A stretch of 63,581 bases of DNA, the filler included, from Collodictyon triciliatum (Eukaryota): assembly GCA_043381765.1 (NCBI GenBank). It is 4 parts of 4 records of this genome, joined end to end, with 100 filler letters (N's around TTAATTAATTAA, not from the genome) between each part and the next. Parts side by side here need not be neighbours in the genome. Positions count along the whole stretch, not along the records: positions 1 to 29,835 come from JBHJMP010000955.1; positions 29,936 to 59,335 come from JBHJMP010000957.1; 2 more parts are not named here. The stretch is one strand, 5' to 3'. The notes under the pieces were generated by a model that saw only the letters and a list, made by a program, of their open reading frames with translations, had not been told where the DNA came from and ran no database searches. Below, piece by piece: positions 26,786-38,850 of this stretch. A program made the position numbers and the translations under genes. How positions within the stretch are numbered: position 1 is the first letter of the stretch; each line of letters begins with the position of its first letter.

Positions 26786-27566
26786 TTCATCAGCATATGC
26801 CCTATTTTTTTTTGCTACAAGTGAGAAAGCATGCAAGGGGACACTGGGCACAACTTTAAAGAAGGCGATCTGACAGATTGCATTTTTTTTTGAAGTCTTC
26901 AAGTTTCCGATTTTTGTTTTGTATTAACGAACTCGCCATTGTCTGTTTCGAACCAACTTGGATACGTTATGCAAATTCTGCAACGGGCTTCTGTATGAGA
27001 ATGCCCCAACAAATGGTTCCTGTTCAGGAACAAGCAAAAGAAATCAAAAAGAAATCAAAAAGAAATCAAAAAGAAATCAAAAAAATCAAGATATAAAAAA
27101 GAATCAAAAAAAGGAATCAAAAAAAGGAATCAAAAAAGAAATCAAAAAAGAAATCAAAAAAGAAATCAAAAAAGAAATCAAAAAAAGAAATCAAAAAAGA
27201 AATCAAAAAAGAAATCAAAAAAGAAATCAAAAAAGAAATCAAAAAAGAAATCAAAAAAGAAATCAAAAAAGAAATCAGAAAAGAAATCAAAAAAAGAAAA
27301 ACTTACGATTTCGGGTTCACATGCTATTTGATTTTGTTTTATTTTTATATTTTCAGACACGACTGTGTGTAGTCCATGCAGCAGCGACCTATCCAGAATG
27401 CACCACGTGCCATAGTGGAGAGGCTCTATCGAACACACACCTGTGAAGTGCTCTCTTGCTTAAAAAGCGACAGAATCGACCCACAAGATGCTCTCTGAGC
27501 TTGATTATGCTCCCAACCGACTCAGCGCGTCTGACAGCCTGTTTGGCGCACAATACCAAATGAACC

Positions 27567-27860
27567 ATGACTCCAGAATACTCTGGACAGTCACAATGGG
27601 GACATATGCTGTGGTCCTTATGGAGTGTGCGTGCATTCTCCCGCTCCAATGATTCACCCGAACGAGAAATCCATGTATCCAGGCTTGAAAGCCTCGTGCA
27701 ATACAGCTTCCTAAACAGCCTGCTGAAACACGCCCACATTCTTCGCTACTCTGACCGCAAGCAAAGAGATATGTGGGAATGTGTCGTAAGATATCTCTCA
27801 AAAATAGCACCGATTGCTGATAGTTGTCCAAGTGAAAGGATATTATTCACACCTGGATAA
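27567..27860 (+). CDS. Hypothetical 97-aa ORF between the GPCR copies (may be non-coding or degraded)
   Basis: Open frame whose paralogous copy at 24504-24760 keeps protein-level similarity. The upstream context has stops in frame. Confidence 0.3.
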   Translation: MTPEYSGQSQWGHMLWSLWSVRAFSRSNDSPEREIHVSRLESLVQYSFLNSLLKHAHILRYSDRKQRDMWECVVRYLSKIAPIADSCPSERILFTPG

Positions 27861-28519
27861 ATGCTTCAATTGGGAGAAAAAAACCAAAAAAAAAAAAAAA
27901 AGAAGAAAGGAGAGAAAAAAGAAAANNNNNNNNNNNNNNNNNNNNNNNNNNNNNNNNNNNNNNNNNNNNNNNNNNNNNNNNNNNNNNNNNNNNNNNNNNN
28001 NNNNNNNNNNNNNNNNNNNNNNNNNNNNNNNNNNNNNNNNNNNNNNNNNNNNNNNNNNNNNNNNNNNNNNNNNNNNNNNNNNNNNNNNNNNNNNNNNNNN
28101 NNNNNNNNNNNNNNNNNNNNNNNNNNNNNNNNNNNNNNNNNNNNNNNNNNNNNNNNNNNNNNNNNNNNNNNNNNNNNNNNNNNNNNNNNNNNNNNNNNNN
28201 NNNNNNNNNNNNNNNNNNNNNNNNNNNNNNNNNNNNNNNNNNNNNNNNNNNNNNNNNNNNNNNNNNNNNNNNNNNNNNNNNNNNNNNNNNNNNNNNNNNN
28301 NNNNNNNNNNNNNNNNNNNNNNNNNNNNNNNNNNNNNNNNNNNNNNNNNNNNNNNNNNNNNNNNNNNNNNNNNNNNNNNNNNNNNNNNNNNNNNNNNNNN
28401 NNNNNNNNNNNNNNNNNNNNNNNNNNNNNNNNNNNNNNNNNNNNNNNNNNNNNNNNNNNNNNNNNNNNNNNNNNNNNNNNNNNNNNNNNNNNNNNNNNNN
28501 NNNNNNNNNNNNNNNNNNN

Positions 28520-29835
28520 TCAAGTCAAATACTTTTGGGTCGTCCGGCTGAATCCAGTTTTGGATTCGGTTGACTGCGGGCCAAAACCAGCAACAAACAA
28601 ACGCAATAACAATACGCATGAGTCGTTTAGAAAGTTTCCTCCTGAACTTTGTGACAGTTTGTGTTGCTTTGCCTCCAACAGACTCTTGCTCTTTCTACAA
28701 TATTGTATCATGAGTTCTTTCCATTCGTATTAGATGATAAATATCTTGTTATCTTGTGTGTAGCGTGAAATAATATACAGTTATTTATAGCTTTCCATGA
28801 ATGCTGAGATTAGGGGCTTATTGGCAAATAAATATTGGTTTCTATTTGGGGACGATGAACTTGAATAACCTGAATATTGACAAGGTGGTTGTAAGCCAGT
28901 GCGTAGAGAATGACGTTCAAACCCAGAGATGTAAACATAGGAACGTACAAGAATAAAAATCGAGAAAGGTTGTGGTCATCAGTAATCCAGCACCTATAGC
29001 AGGATGCAAATATGTTCAGAAAAGTATTTCAGGATGAATACATGGAATTTGCAACTGATTTTTACCATACCATAACCCAGCGGGACCCAAATCACCACGC
29101 GCATAAACAATAATTGTAGTGATTATTGGATAAGTCCAACCAATTATATGATTGAAACGCTCTGGATTCTCAAACTATTGATTTAATGAATAGATTACCT
29201 CCACATAGACAAAGCGGTATTTGGTTGTCTTAATTTTTTTTTTTTAAAAAAAACGACTCTTTTAAAACTGAAACTTACGCGCGGACTTTTGCTGGTGATG
29301 CATTGAAACAAGGTAGCTGCAATTGCAATCATCCACATCATACTTGATAGACTGAAGAATTGTATGATACCACCTACGAGTCATTTGAAATGCTTATTTG
29401 ATTACTTTTTATGTGCATCATTTCAACAAAGCTCCGATCCGGTTGACAGGAATATCATAAAACGTAGAGGAATCCAGAGGAGCGGGAGAAAAAAATGGAG
29501 TAGGAGTAGAGCTGACATTATAAAAATAAATCGAGAAAAAAAAAGAATAAACGGAATAGCATGAAGGACAAAACACCTTGTATTTGGCAAACTATGTTGA
29601 CTGTTTTGTCGCTATCATCAATCCCCGAATCGCCATAGAACCCGTTTAAAAATCTTCCGGCTGATAGAAAAAAGTTGATGATTGCAAGGGTAAAGACGAT
29701 GCGAAGAGACACAGATCGCACCTCCCGAAAGCGTATGTAAGAGAAGATGACCAGAGAACAGGCACACAGCGACAACGAGCTGGAGAGGTAGACCAAGGCT
29801 CTAAGCGTCTTCGTTTCCTCTTGACTGAACCCCAT
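28520..29835 (-). CDS. CAR/Crl-type GPCR, copy 2 (3' exons lost in the N-gap)
   Basis: Paralogue of 25096-26785 with the same exon layout (MGFSQEETKTLRALVYLSSSLSLCACSLVIFSY..., GPAGLWCWI, WFWPAVNRIQN). Confidence 0.87.
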
Positions 29836-29935
29836 NNNNNNNNNNNNNNNNNNNNNNNNNNNNNNNNNNNNNNNNNNNNTTAATTAATTAANNNNNNNNN
29901 NNNNNNNNNNNNNNNNNNNNNNNNNNNNNNNNNNN
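29836..29935. other. Artificial 100-nt gap linker N44-TTAATTAATTAA-N44 (also at 59336-59435 and 62021-62120)
   Basis: The same palindromic 12-mer, which has stops in all six frames, is centred in three gaps of exactly 100 nt. Confidence 0.95.
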
Positions 29936-30131
29936 TATTATTATTTTATTATTATTATTATTATTATTTTATTATTATTTTATTATTATTTTATTATTAT
30001 TTTATTATTATTTTATTATTATTATTATTATTTTATTATTATTTTATTATTATTATTTTATTATTATTATTTTATTATTATTATTTTATTATTATTATCA
30101 TCATCGTCACCATTATCATCATCTCTTAAAG

Positions 30132-32710
30132 AATACCCTACTCTTGCCCACTCTTGAACAAAGCGGGTTGACAGACAGCAGCGGTCCAGTCACACGACAG
30201 TCACGCCGGACTCCGAATCACCGGAGAGTGGAGACCCGCGGTGAAGCCAAGCAGTTGGAAAAGCAGTTTGAGAAGCTTGTAGAGAAGGAAGTAGACAAGG
30301 AGGCCTTTGAATCGCTGAAGCTCATCCGAAAATCAAATGGAGCGCGTTAGTCATCCAAATTATGGCCATCATGTGCACTATGCATAAATTATGTGCCTTC
30401 TATTCAGTTTTTCTTTTTTAAAAAAAATTAAAAAACTTTGCATACATATGCAGTGGACTTGACAGTTCAACCGAATCGTTATCATGAAGCCATACTAGTG
30501 GAATACTTGGTTTGCATGGGAAAATTCATGGGAATTGTTTTACCTCAATTATATTATTTTTATACGAAAAATAAACCATATAATGTTATACTAATTAAAT
30601 CAATTGTTGTGTGAATCAAAAAGACATCTAGAGACCCGTTTCACGTCGTCTCTGCTGTTAATTACTTGACTGTATGGAGTGTATCGAATGGTGCTGTAAC
30701 CCATTGTATTCTAATGACCTAATCTTTGCTATTTCGTGCTGAAAATTTGCTAAACGAGTAGTAGCAGTATCTAAATATGTATTTTTTTTAATATCTTCTG
30801 AATAATGCAGACCATAATGCTGCTCGCTTGTTGGACCAGTTGTTCACCGAGCAAGTGTCCAGGTTGCTAATTATTGATGACCATTTAATCCTATCTGAAA
30901 TTTCGGAATTCTTCTCTTCTCTGCTACTACTTTTGATGCATATTAAGATGCGTATGTAAAAAAAAAAAAGTATTAAACCGATGGTATTTTACTATAGTGC
31001 ATGTCTTGCACTCATTCAGAAACTCACGGGCGAAGTGTCTTTAGCCTCCAACGATATATATTCAAAGTATCCAAGTGTGGATGACCGCCCAGACGATGGT
31101 TTGTGAACTTTAATAAACTGAAATTTTGTTATGTTTTTTTTTTTAAAAAAAAAAAAGATAAATTAATATAAAATTTTTATGATTGTTTGAGGATCATATT
31201 TTACATCATCGTATTCAAATAATGTAGGTATTCATTTGAAGAGAGAATACGAAAATCTCGGAGATTGCTCCAGCCCCATTGAGCATAATGATTACATATT
31301 GAATATGAAGAACAAACTTGTAATATTTCATTTCTTTTTAATTTTATATCAGGCCAATTGACTCGGCCTGTATGGTTTTCTTCTAGCGCAGATACCATAT
31401 TTCTTGAGAAAGTAACTGAAAAAATAATTTGAAAATTATGCAATATGGCCATATAAAATCACCAGGACATCCTACCGCAAGAAGTTGTCTACAGTCTGTC
31501 TATCATCTTTCGAAAGTACAGAGTCTCTTTATATCACATCTTTGATTATTTTTCACTAGGTTATTACTATATGACTCAAATAAAAGCTTCTGTCTTATAT
31601 AAAAAAAAATTAGTCTTGCGTTGTGTCACTCATTTGTTGGCCACCTTCGATGCAACAAACCATATATTTCTGGAGTCTTTCTCTTGACCCGCCATAAAGT
31701 ATAATCGCGTCTATATTTTTCCTGCTCATTTCTTTCCATCAGAGCTTTGCTTTTACAATTTGGGCATGCAAGTAAATCGTATAGTCGTATGTCATTTTAT
31801 TTTAAACGATTAAAATAAATGAAACGAAACATTAGAGTGCCATCATTTCCACCAATGCCATCCAAGTCATTGCATCGATTGGCCACCGTATCAATATTCT
31901 TGAACACGACAAACTTTATGTACATATCTCAATAATAATGCTCATACCATAATTGTTAGTATTACAAACACAAATATTGATATTTTATGAAAGTAATCAA
32001 CTATTTTATAGGACTTTGTCTTTCTGGGATTTCTTACCAGGACACAAAATTCAAGTCTCTTTTGCAGCACAGTAATCAATAATTATCATAATTATTCTCA
32101 GTAAGAAAAACCAGGTTATAGCTTCAAGTGCTCTATGACTCAGCCACAAAAATCGAATGCCAGGTCGATGCTATCTCCAAAGTCGCCTGTCTTCAAGCCA
32201 ACGAATATGCAATATATTCTCTACCCGAGTGCTTTTATCAACTAACCACCGAGCTCTTTGCCACATCTACGGACTTGCCCATTATATACGCTCTCCTTGG
32301 GGTTTGCACCTGAATAAGAAGAAAAATAACGAGAAGAGGAATAAGATGATAACAATAATAATTTAAATGCGTGACTAAGAGATTATATATACAACATCCA
32401 CCGCCATACCTAGCTATTCTACCGCCTATCATCTCTTGGAAAGAATATACGAAAATCTCTGGTCAAACAGCGCAACTTTGTTCTCCGTCTTCTGGGACTT
32501 GCGCGGGTGGATGCTCATCCTTTCAACTTTCCAAAAATCATCGGACCCATTCTGACCCAACTGTGCCAATGTCCCGAGTCTGTACAATTCTTTCGGCCGT
32601 ACGAGGAGGACATCGTAACGCTGGCCATGGAGGCCAGTAGCCTGGATGAAATCTGGCCCATCATCCTCCACCAAATGGCAAACTCTCCGCCGCGCTCAGT
32701 CGTGCAGTAG
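30132..32710 (+). CDS. ARM-repeat protein resembling the LFR / ARID1 (BAF250_C) SWI/SNF subunit; 5' end missing in the gap
   Basis: The last exon, LFYRLSSLGKNIRKSLVKQRNFVLRLLGLA...IIGPILTQLCQCPESVQFFRPYEEDIVTLAMEASSLDEIWPIILHQM, follows the C-terminal pattern of plant LFR and ARID1/ARID2. Several upstream helical exons have GT-AG borders. Confidence 0.55.
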
Positions 32711-33045
32711 CGCGAACACAAACACACATGAATACACATGCATATCCTCCTCATCTCTGAAACATAGCTTTGTTGAGTAGACGAAAGAGTGCGACCTATC
32801 TAGTAAAAACAAACAAGCAAACAAACAAACAAACAAACAAACAAACAAACAAACAAACAAACAAACAAACAAACAAACAAACAAACAAACAAACAAACAA
32901 ACAAACAAACAAACGCACAGATAGGTAGGCAGACACACGAAAATGGGCCAACACAGAGGCAATATCATGACTTCTCTACGATGCCACATCTGTGCGAAAG
33001 GAAAAGTTTATTCCTTGATGCAGATTCGCCTGCTGTTTGTGCATT

Positions 33046-34006
33046 TTAGCCGGTCTTGCGGATGATTTCGCGGGAGCTGTCAAACATGCCGCTTTGGCTG
33101 GCTCCGCCTTGTGAGCCTTTGCTTGTCAGGGGCACTTCCATCTTCGCGCGGTTCAGAACATCTTCGGAAAAGTTTCGCTCCTACACATATGAGCAAAGTA
33201 GGTGTCACAACAAACCTTGAAACATGTACCACTTTTCTTTTTTTTTTTTTTTTTTTTGATAGAGCTGTAGTACATTTCGCTCAGCTTCCTTCACTCCCAG
33301 GCGCGGGCCGTTGTAGCCAGGCACTTTCTGAGCCACACGACCGAGAGAATGGATGCACTGAATGACTTGAGGCCAGTTCTTTTCCTCGTAGAGATCAACA
33401 GGTGAGAAGAGATCGGTGTCGAGGACGCCGAGCGACTTGCATCCGGAGACGAAGTTACTGAGGTTTTCCTATATGGTATTTATTTATTTAACTATGTGAT
33501 CAAAGCAAAGTAGCTACCATAAAAGTTTGGATAGATATAGAAAGGAAGGCAACAGCCCTGCTCACATCCAATAGCATTCAGGAAAATGAAGTGGGAAAGA
33601 AGGAAGGAAGAAAAATGAAAAGAAGAAAATCGTGTGAACTAGTTGAATCCAGAGGTACCCACCATCTGCATGAAAACCATGCTGTTTGTGTTGATCTTTT
33701 TGACTGTGCTTGGTTTAACGCGGTTGATGGCGCTACCAGAAAAGAGAAGATAGAAAAACAAAAGGAAAACGTTTCTTTACACATGGTCGAACTTTCAGAA
33801 GTCTGTCGTTTTTGAGGGACAAATACTTACTTGCATAGACGCACGCCGTTCTTGAGCCAGTCTTGCAGGCGGCTTTTGCCCGAGCTTTCTCCAAGCAGGC
33901 TCTCCAACCACTGTCTGCAGTCATCCTCCATGCGCTGATCAAACTTTGCAGCCTGCTTTGCGGCGAGTTCCGCATCCAGGCCGTAGACTGGGGCTTTGTT
34001 GGACAT
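33046..34006 (-). CDS. Transgelin/calponin-family actin-binding protein (CH domain plus one calponin repeat), 191 aa, 4 exons
   Basis: Exons 33831-34006, 33663-33732, 33274-33468 and 33046-33180 give MSNKAPVYGLDAELAAKQAAKFD...WLKNGVRLCNAINRVKP...ENLSNFVSGCKSLGVLDTDLFSPVDLYEEKNWPQVIQCIHSLGR...KGSQGGASQSGMFDSSREI. Missed by the ORF track. Confidence 0.93.
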
Positions 34007-34684
34007 GTGCGCGTTTCTTCTGTGGCTGTGTGAGGAGTGGTCGAAGGAAAGGATCGAGGTTTTATTTGGTTCCTTTGTCCTTTGTTTTTTGTTTCTGGTT
34101 TTTGGTTTTTGGTTTTTGGTTTTTGGTTTTTGGTTTTTGGTTTTTGGTTTTTGGTTTTTGGTTTTTGGTTTTTGGTTTTTGGTTTTTTGTTTTTTCGGGT
34201 TTTTTTTTTTTTTTTTTTGATATTTTCCTACTGCCTCGCTTTTTATTCCGGCTTTGACAGGATCGCGACGATGTGGCGTGCTTTGTTGTGACAGGCGCGT
34301 TCAGAGGAACCAGCATAAGGGAAAATAGCAATTTTCTGTTCGATTCAATCAAAATATTATGAATGTGGAATTTATAATGGCAGACGTTTCCCACAGCTTC
34401 TTACCTCATCTTGCTCAGTGCGCTACGTTGTGTTCGATTCCCAAATTGTATCCTGCATGAGGGTAGGCTTGGCTTAAACATTGAAGCGTGTTTGGAGGTG
34501 GCGATAGAGGAACCCGACGATTGCGCGCTTTTACTGTATGAGTCATTTTTTGAGCGCATTTCTTAGAGTTGATTGCAAGGATGGTGTAATTTCATCGATG
34601 TTTTCATTGGGTTAGATATCGGCACTTTGTCTCTCGCTACTTCCTGGCTAGTTGGAGGAGTCTTTGTAGCCCCAGGAGTGGCAT

Positions 34685-37600
34685 TTATTCGGATGGTTTG
34701 GACCTTGGGATGCGGCGTCTGTAGAAAAAGTTCAAAACATGGTAGATAAATGATGCAATCTTCTGTGAGAAAAGAAGCCCCTCCACAGGAGACGACTGCT
34801 CGGACGTGCGGTACAAATTTGGTGCTATTACGATGGCTACAGGCATGATAGGAATAATGATGATATTGTACATAAAATACATTTGGTTATTGAAAGAAAA
34901 TACGTCATGCGGTTCTCTTATTTCTATATAAAAAAAAAATACCAAAAAAGAAAAAGGACAAGAGAAAAAGGCTATCCGTCAGCTAGGAGGCATTTTATAG
35001 GATTCTGTACGAAAAACGAACCAAGATTCTTTGTGTTCATTTTGTTCTGGGAGGAATAATATGCCACATCAACAAATAACTCAAATAGCCAGGCGAGCAG
35101 TTTGAAAATAGAGTCAGGGAGCTACAGTCATTCTTCGGGTCACTTTCTTACGAAAATTAAATGACTGCTTATTATTTTGTCTTTTGATGTGTAGTTAAGT
35201 ACTTTTTGGAACTCGGTGACACACTTGTTCTCGTTTAATTCTCCATCAAAAAACTCGGGGTCGATTTGGTTCAATAAAGTTTCTGGAAAGTCTCGGTACC
35301 ATAACTTTGCGAGCACATAATCAGAATTTTTTTCGCAATATGACGGTCAATATAGACAGAAAAAAAAACCAAAATATCAACGAAACAATCATGAAATGTA
35401 GGAGATGATTAATAATTGTGTATAAACCTGGAAAGGTATGCAGTTTTTTTTAAAAATTACATCTAAATTATTAAATATGACATCGATACCTTTATGAGGC
35501 ACGCAACAGCATTTAAATCGTCTGTGTCTGTAAAGTTCCCATTATTAAGCTGTATCCTTATACGCTTCATCTCGGCTTCGTCTCCAGCTAAGCGAAAAAT
35601 TCCTTCCTGTAAATGTTCAAGAAAAAATAATTAAATTATTTCCATTCTAAAGTGATATCTGAGCCCTGTAATCAAGTCAACTAAGCCAAAGTACCTGATA
35701 AAGACCACCTTTCTCCACAAGAATCCCTCGCATCTTGGCCAAAACAGATGGCACAAAGTAAGCTTTTATTATTTTGGGGAAAAAATAATATTATGACTCT
35801 AATAGGGATGCATTTACATATAGTTCATAAGTCAATAATTAAAGTAGAAAAGGAATTCAAGATTTTCTATTTGATCAGATAAGGATATCTAGATCATTTT
35901 TGTATTAAAATAACTCGATTTCATAAAAGAGGACTATGGTAATCATATGAAAATACCGTTATCTTCGACCATAGTCAAAGTGGAGAGCGGTACACCAAAT
36001 TCAGACTTTTGACTTTTTAGCTTAATAATTATAAAATGACTAGGGCCGTCTATTGCATAAAATAATGTAATTTACTTTGTATTTTTTTATGAACGTACAC
36101 CATTTTTTAAAGTTTTAATTTTTACATTTCTTGATATACGTTGGAAATGAAATTACAATTCCGGCACAAATAATGGTGAAAATAACATACCTTCTACAAG
36201 TACCTCCAGCACAATCTTCACCTCCAAGGTGCATTTAAAAGATATCTCAAAATCAATTGCCTCCGGCTGTTTCTGTGGTTTGAATAAAAAAAAAACATTG
36301 CTTACACAAAAGATTTCATATACAAGAGACGACAATGGCTCGTGATGTTGAATTGTATACCCGTTTTGAATTGCTCGAAAGATGAATGGAATATAAGGCC
36401 TTAATCAAATCGAGAATGAATACCTTCGTGACCACAATGCTGGGATTTTTAACTCTGAACTGATATTGTCCAACAAGCGGCGGCACCACAACTGAGACCC
36501 CAATCTTTGCGCGTGTTCTTTGGTTGGTGTGTTTTATTTGCGGTTATAGGTGTACAGCAATTTAATTTTAGACACTTATGTGTGAGAACTCATCTTGGGC
36601 GTATACTTTCTCCAATTAATCTTAATCCCTTTATTTTCTCCATTTTTGAATAATGATGGTTCTATTTTCGGCAATTAATTCTTCAAATATCAAATACATG
36701 ATGAAAATGAAATTTATGATTACTTTGATGTATTTGTGACGATTATCGAATCGGTAAGCCAGCAATCTAGAGGCAAATCTTGGTTCGGCTGTGAAAAGTC
36801 GAGGAAACTCTTTGATAACTATTTCGCATATTATAATAATTGTGTCAGGAAACAGCGACTGACAACTCTCTAACCCAAGTAATACAAATAGATTGATTAA
36901 TTTCCAAAAACCTGAATAAGTTGCGGGTCATTCTTCTCAGAGCGAAATAGTGACCTTGAGGTGACACTCTGGAGCAGTGCGTTCCCTGACCAAGATTTAC
37001 TTTTTTTTTAAAAAAAAAAAAATAGTATGCCGCAAGCAGTACAAACTCATATAAGAAAAAAGTGAATAAGAACTGCGCATATTTTAAATGAGAGTATTAT
37101 AATCATTCATATATTTACGAAATGCATTCAATAAACAAGTTAAAAATAGACACGAACTTTCATCAATGGTCTGGTGTGCCTCTCTCAGATATTCATCGAA
37201 TGTATTCTGGTCCATCGAAAAAAATATATCATTCAGAGACAACCTTTCGACCTCTGATAAGCCTCCACGACATGCACTATTTAATCATTACCCGAATGAG
37301 CTCCCACAGATATGTGCAAGAATGTAATATGATGTAAATTTTAACGCCACAGAACCAACAATCGCACCTCTGGTAAATTAACAGATAAATAATTCATGCG
37401 ATTTATAAAGTTCCTATTTTCCTTTCTTTTATCCTTGTTTTGTTTTTTCTCGTTTTTCCTCGTATTTCCTCGTTTTTCCTCGTTTTTCCTCGTTTTTTCT
37501 CGTTTTTTCTCGTTTTTTCTCGTTTTTTCTCGTTTTTTCTCGTTTTTTCTCGTTTTTTCTCGTTTTTTCTCGTTTTGTTGTGTTGTGTTGTGTTGTGTTG

Positions 37601-38850
37601 TGTTGTGTTTTGTTTTGTTTTGTTTTGTTTTGTTTTGTTTTGTTTTGTTTTGTTTTGTTTTGTTTTGTTTTGTTTTGTTTTGTTTTGTTTTGTGACAGTG
37701 AACAGACCGAACTATCGTATCAACTTTCTTGGGGTTAAATTTTTTCTGAGCTGACTCAGAGACATTTGAAGGATCAAGTTGCCTGGTTGACACTTGAAAA
37801 AGGAAAAGAAAAGAACGATTTTACTTAAATTTGATATATCCTGTGTAGAAACTTTCTGGCTATGGCAAATGAAAATGCAACTTTTTAAAAAAGAAAAATA
37901 AAGGATAAGATTGTTTTTGATATCAACATATACTGAATATTAAGTATATATCGATATCAACTATGAAATAATTTCAATTATCAATATTTAAAATAAAATA
38001 AAAAAAAGGCGAGTTACCTATTCTTGAGCGTGCGAAGGATATTGCTGAGCCAAAAGACATAATTCGTGCCTCCTGATAAAGCAGTGTTACTTTTTTTTCT
38101 TTTTTGAAAGATAAATAGTGGGAAGGGAGATAAAGAAATAGAAAAATAAAGTGAGATGACTTTACCTCTTCGTTGGCAAATAAGTCCAATAAGATGGGAG
38201 GATCTCTGTGGTATGAATATATTATTTTTTAAAAGAAGAAGAAAGTCTAAGGTTTACAACAAGGCAAGGTATGAGAGGAAAAAAGGTCGAATATATCATT
38301 GTCTTCACCTTGACCTTACNNNNNNNNNNNNNNNNNNNNNNNNNNNNNNNNNNNNNNNNNNNNNNNNNNNNNNNNNNNNNNNNNNNNNNNNNNNNNNNNN
38401 NNNNNNNNNNNNNNNNNNNNNNNNNNNNNNNNNNNNNNNNNNNNNNNNNNNNNNNNNNNNNNNNNNNNNNNNNNNNNNNNNNNNNNNNNNNNNNNNNNNN
38501 NNNNNNNNNNNNNNNNNNNNNNNNNNNNNNNNNNNNNNNNNNNNNNNNNNNNNNNNNNNNNNNNNNNNNNNNNNNNNNNNNNNNNNNNNNNNNNNNNNNN
38601 NNNNNNNNNNNNNNNNNNNNNNNNNNNNNNNNNNNNNNNNNNNNNNNNNNNNNNNNNNNNNNNNNNNNNNNNNNNNNNNNNNNNNNNNNNNNNNNNNNNN
38701 NNNNNNNNNNNNNNNNNNNNNNNNNNGTGCAAATAGCTTGAGTATTTGTTATTGGCAAATTAAACGATGCAGAATCTAATGTATCATTACCCAGCTTAAT
38801 GTCTTTTGCGAAATCAACACCCATACATAATTCTTATATCTGTATGTTAT
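34685..38850 (-). CDS. RhoGAP with an upstream ASH/MSP-like beta domain, similar to Dictyostelium GacA; 5' extent uncertain (crosses an N-gap)
   Basis: SEFGVPLS...VPSVLAKMRGILVEKGGLYQ|EGIFRLAGDEAEMKRI...AVACLIK|VWYRDFPETLLN...NKMNTKNL|AIVIAPNLY, preceded by LSKSFLDF...LTDSIIVTNTSK...IDFEISFKCT. Exons are in phase. Confidence 0.85.
37440..37692. repeat. Compound intronic microsatellite (TTTTTTCTCG)n-(TGTGT)n-(TTTTG)n
   Basis: Directly visible tandem units inside a RhoGAP intron. Confidence 0.9.

Noticed and set aside
27035..27300. Regular 12-bp repeats (AAAAAAGAAATC) as a CRISPR-like array or repeat protein
   Set aside because: Head-to-tail tandem units with no spacers; low complexity.
29880..29891. 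Palindromic TTAATTAATTAA recurring at 29880, 59380 and 62065
   Set aside because: It is always centred in a 100-nt N-gap, so it is an assembly spacer with six-frame stops, not biology.
34085..34190. (TTTTTGG)n as a possible interstitial telomere
   Set aside because: One of many T-rich microsatellites with varied units; nothing marks it as telomeric.
37278..37292. Apparent 15-nt intron gtaatgattaaatag (- strand), like ciliate tiny introns
   Set aside because: The same donor spliced to the acceptor near 37209 gives a normal intron of about 84 nt with consistent phase on both sides.
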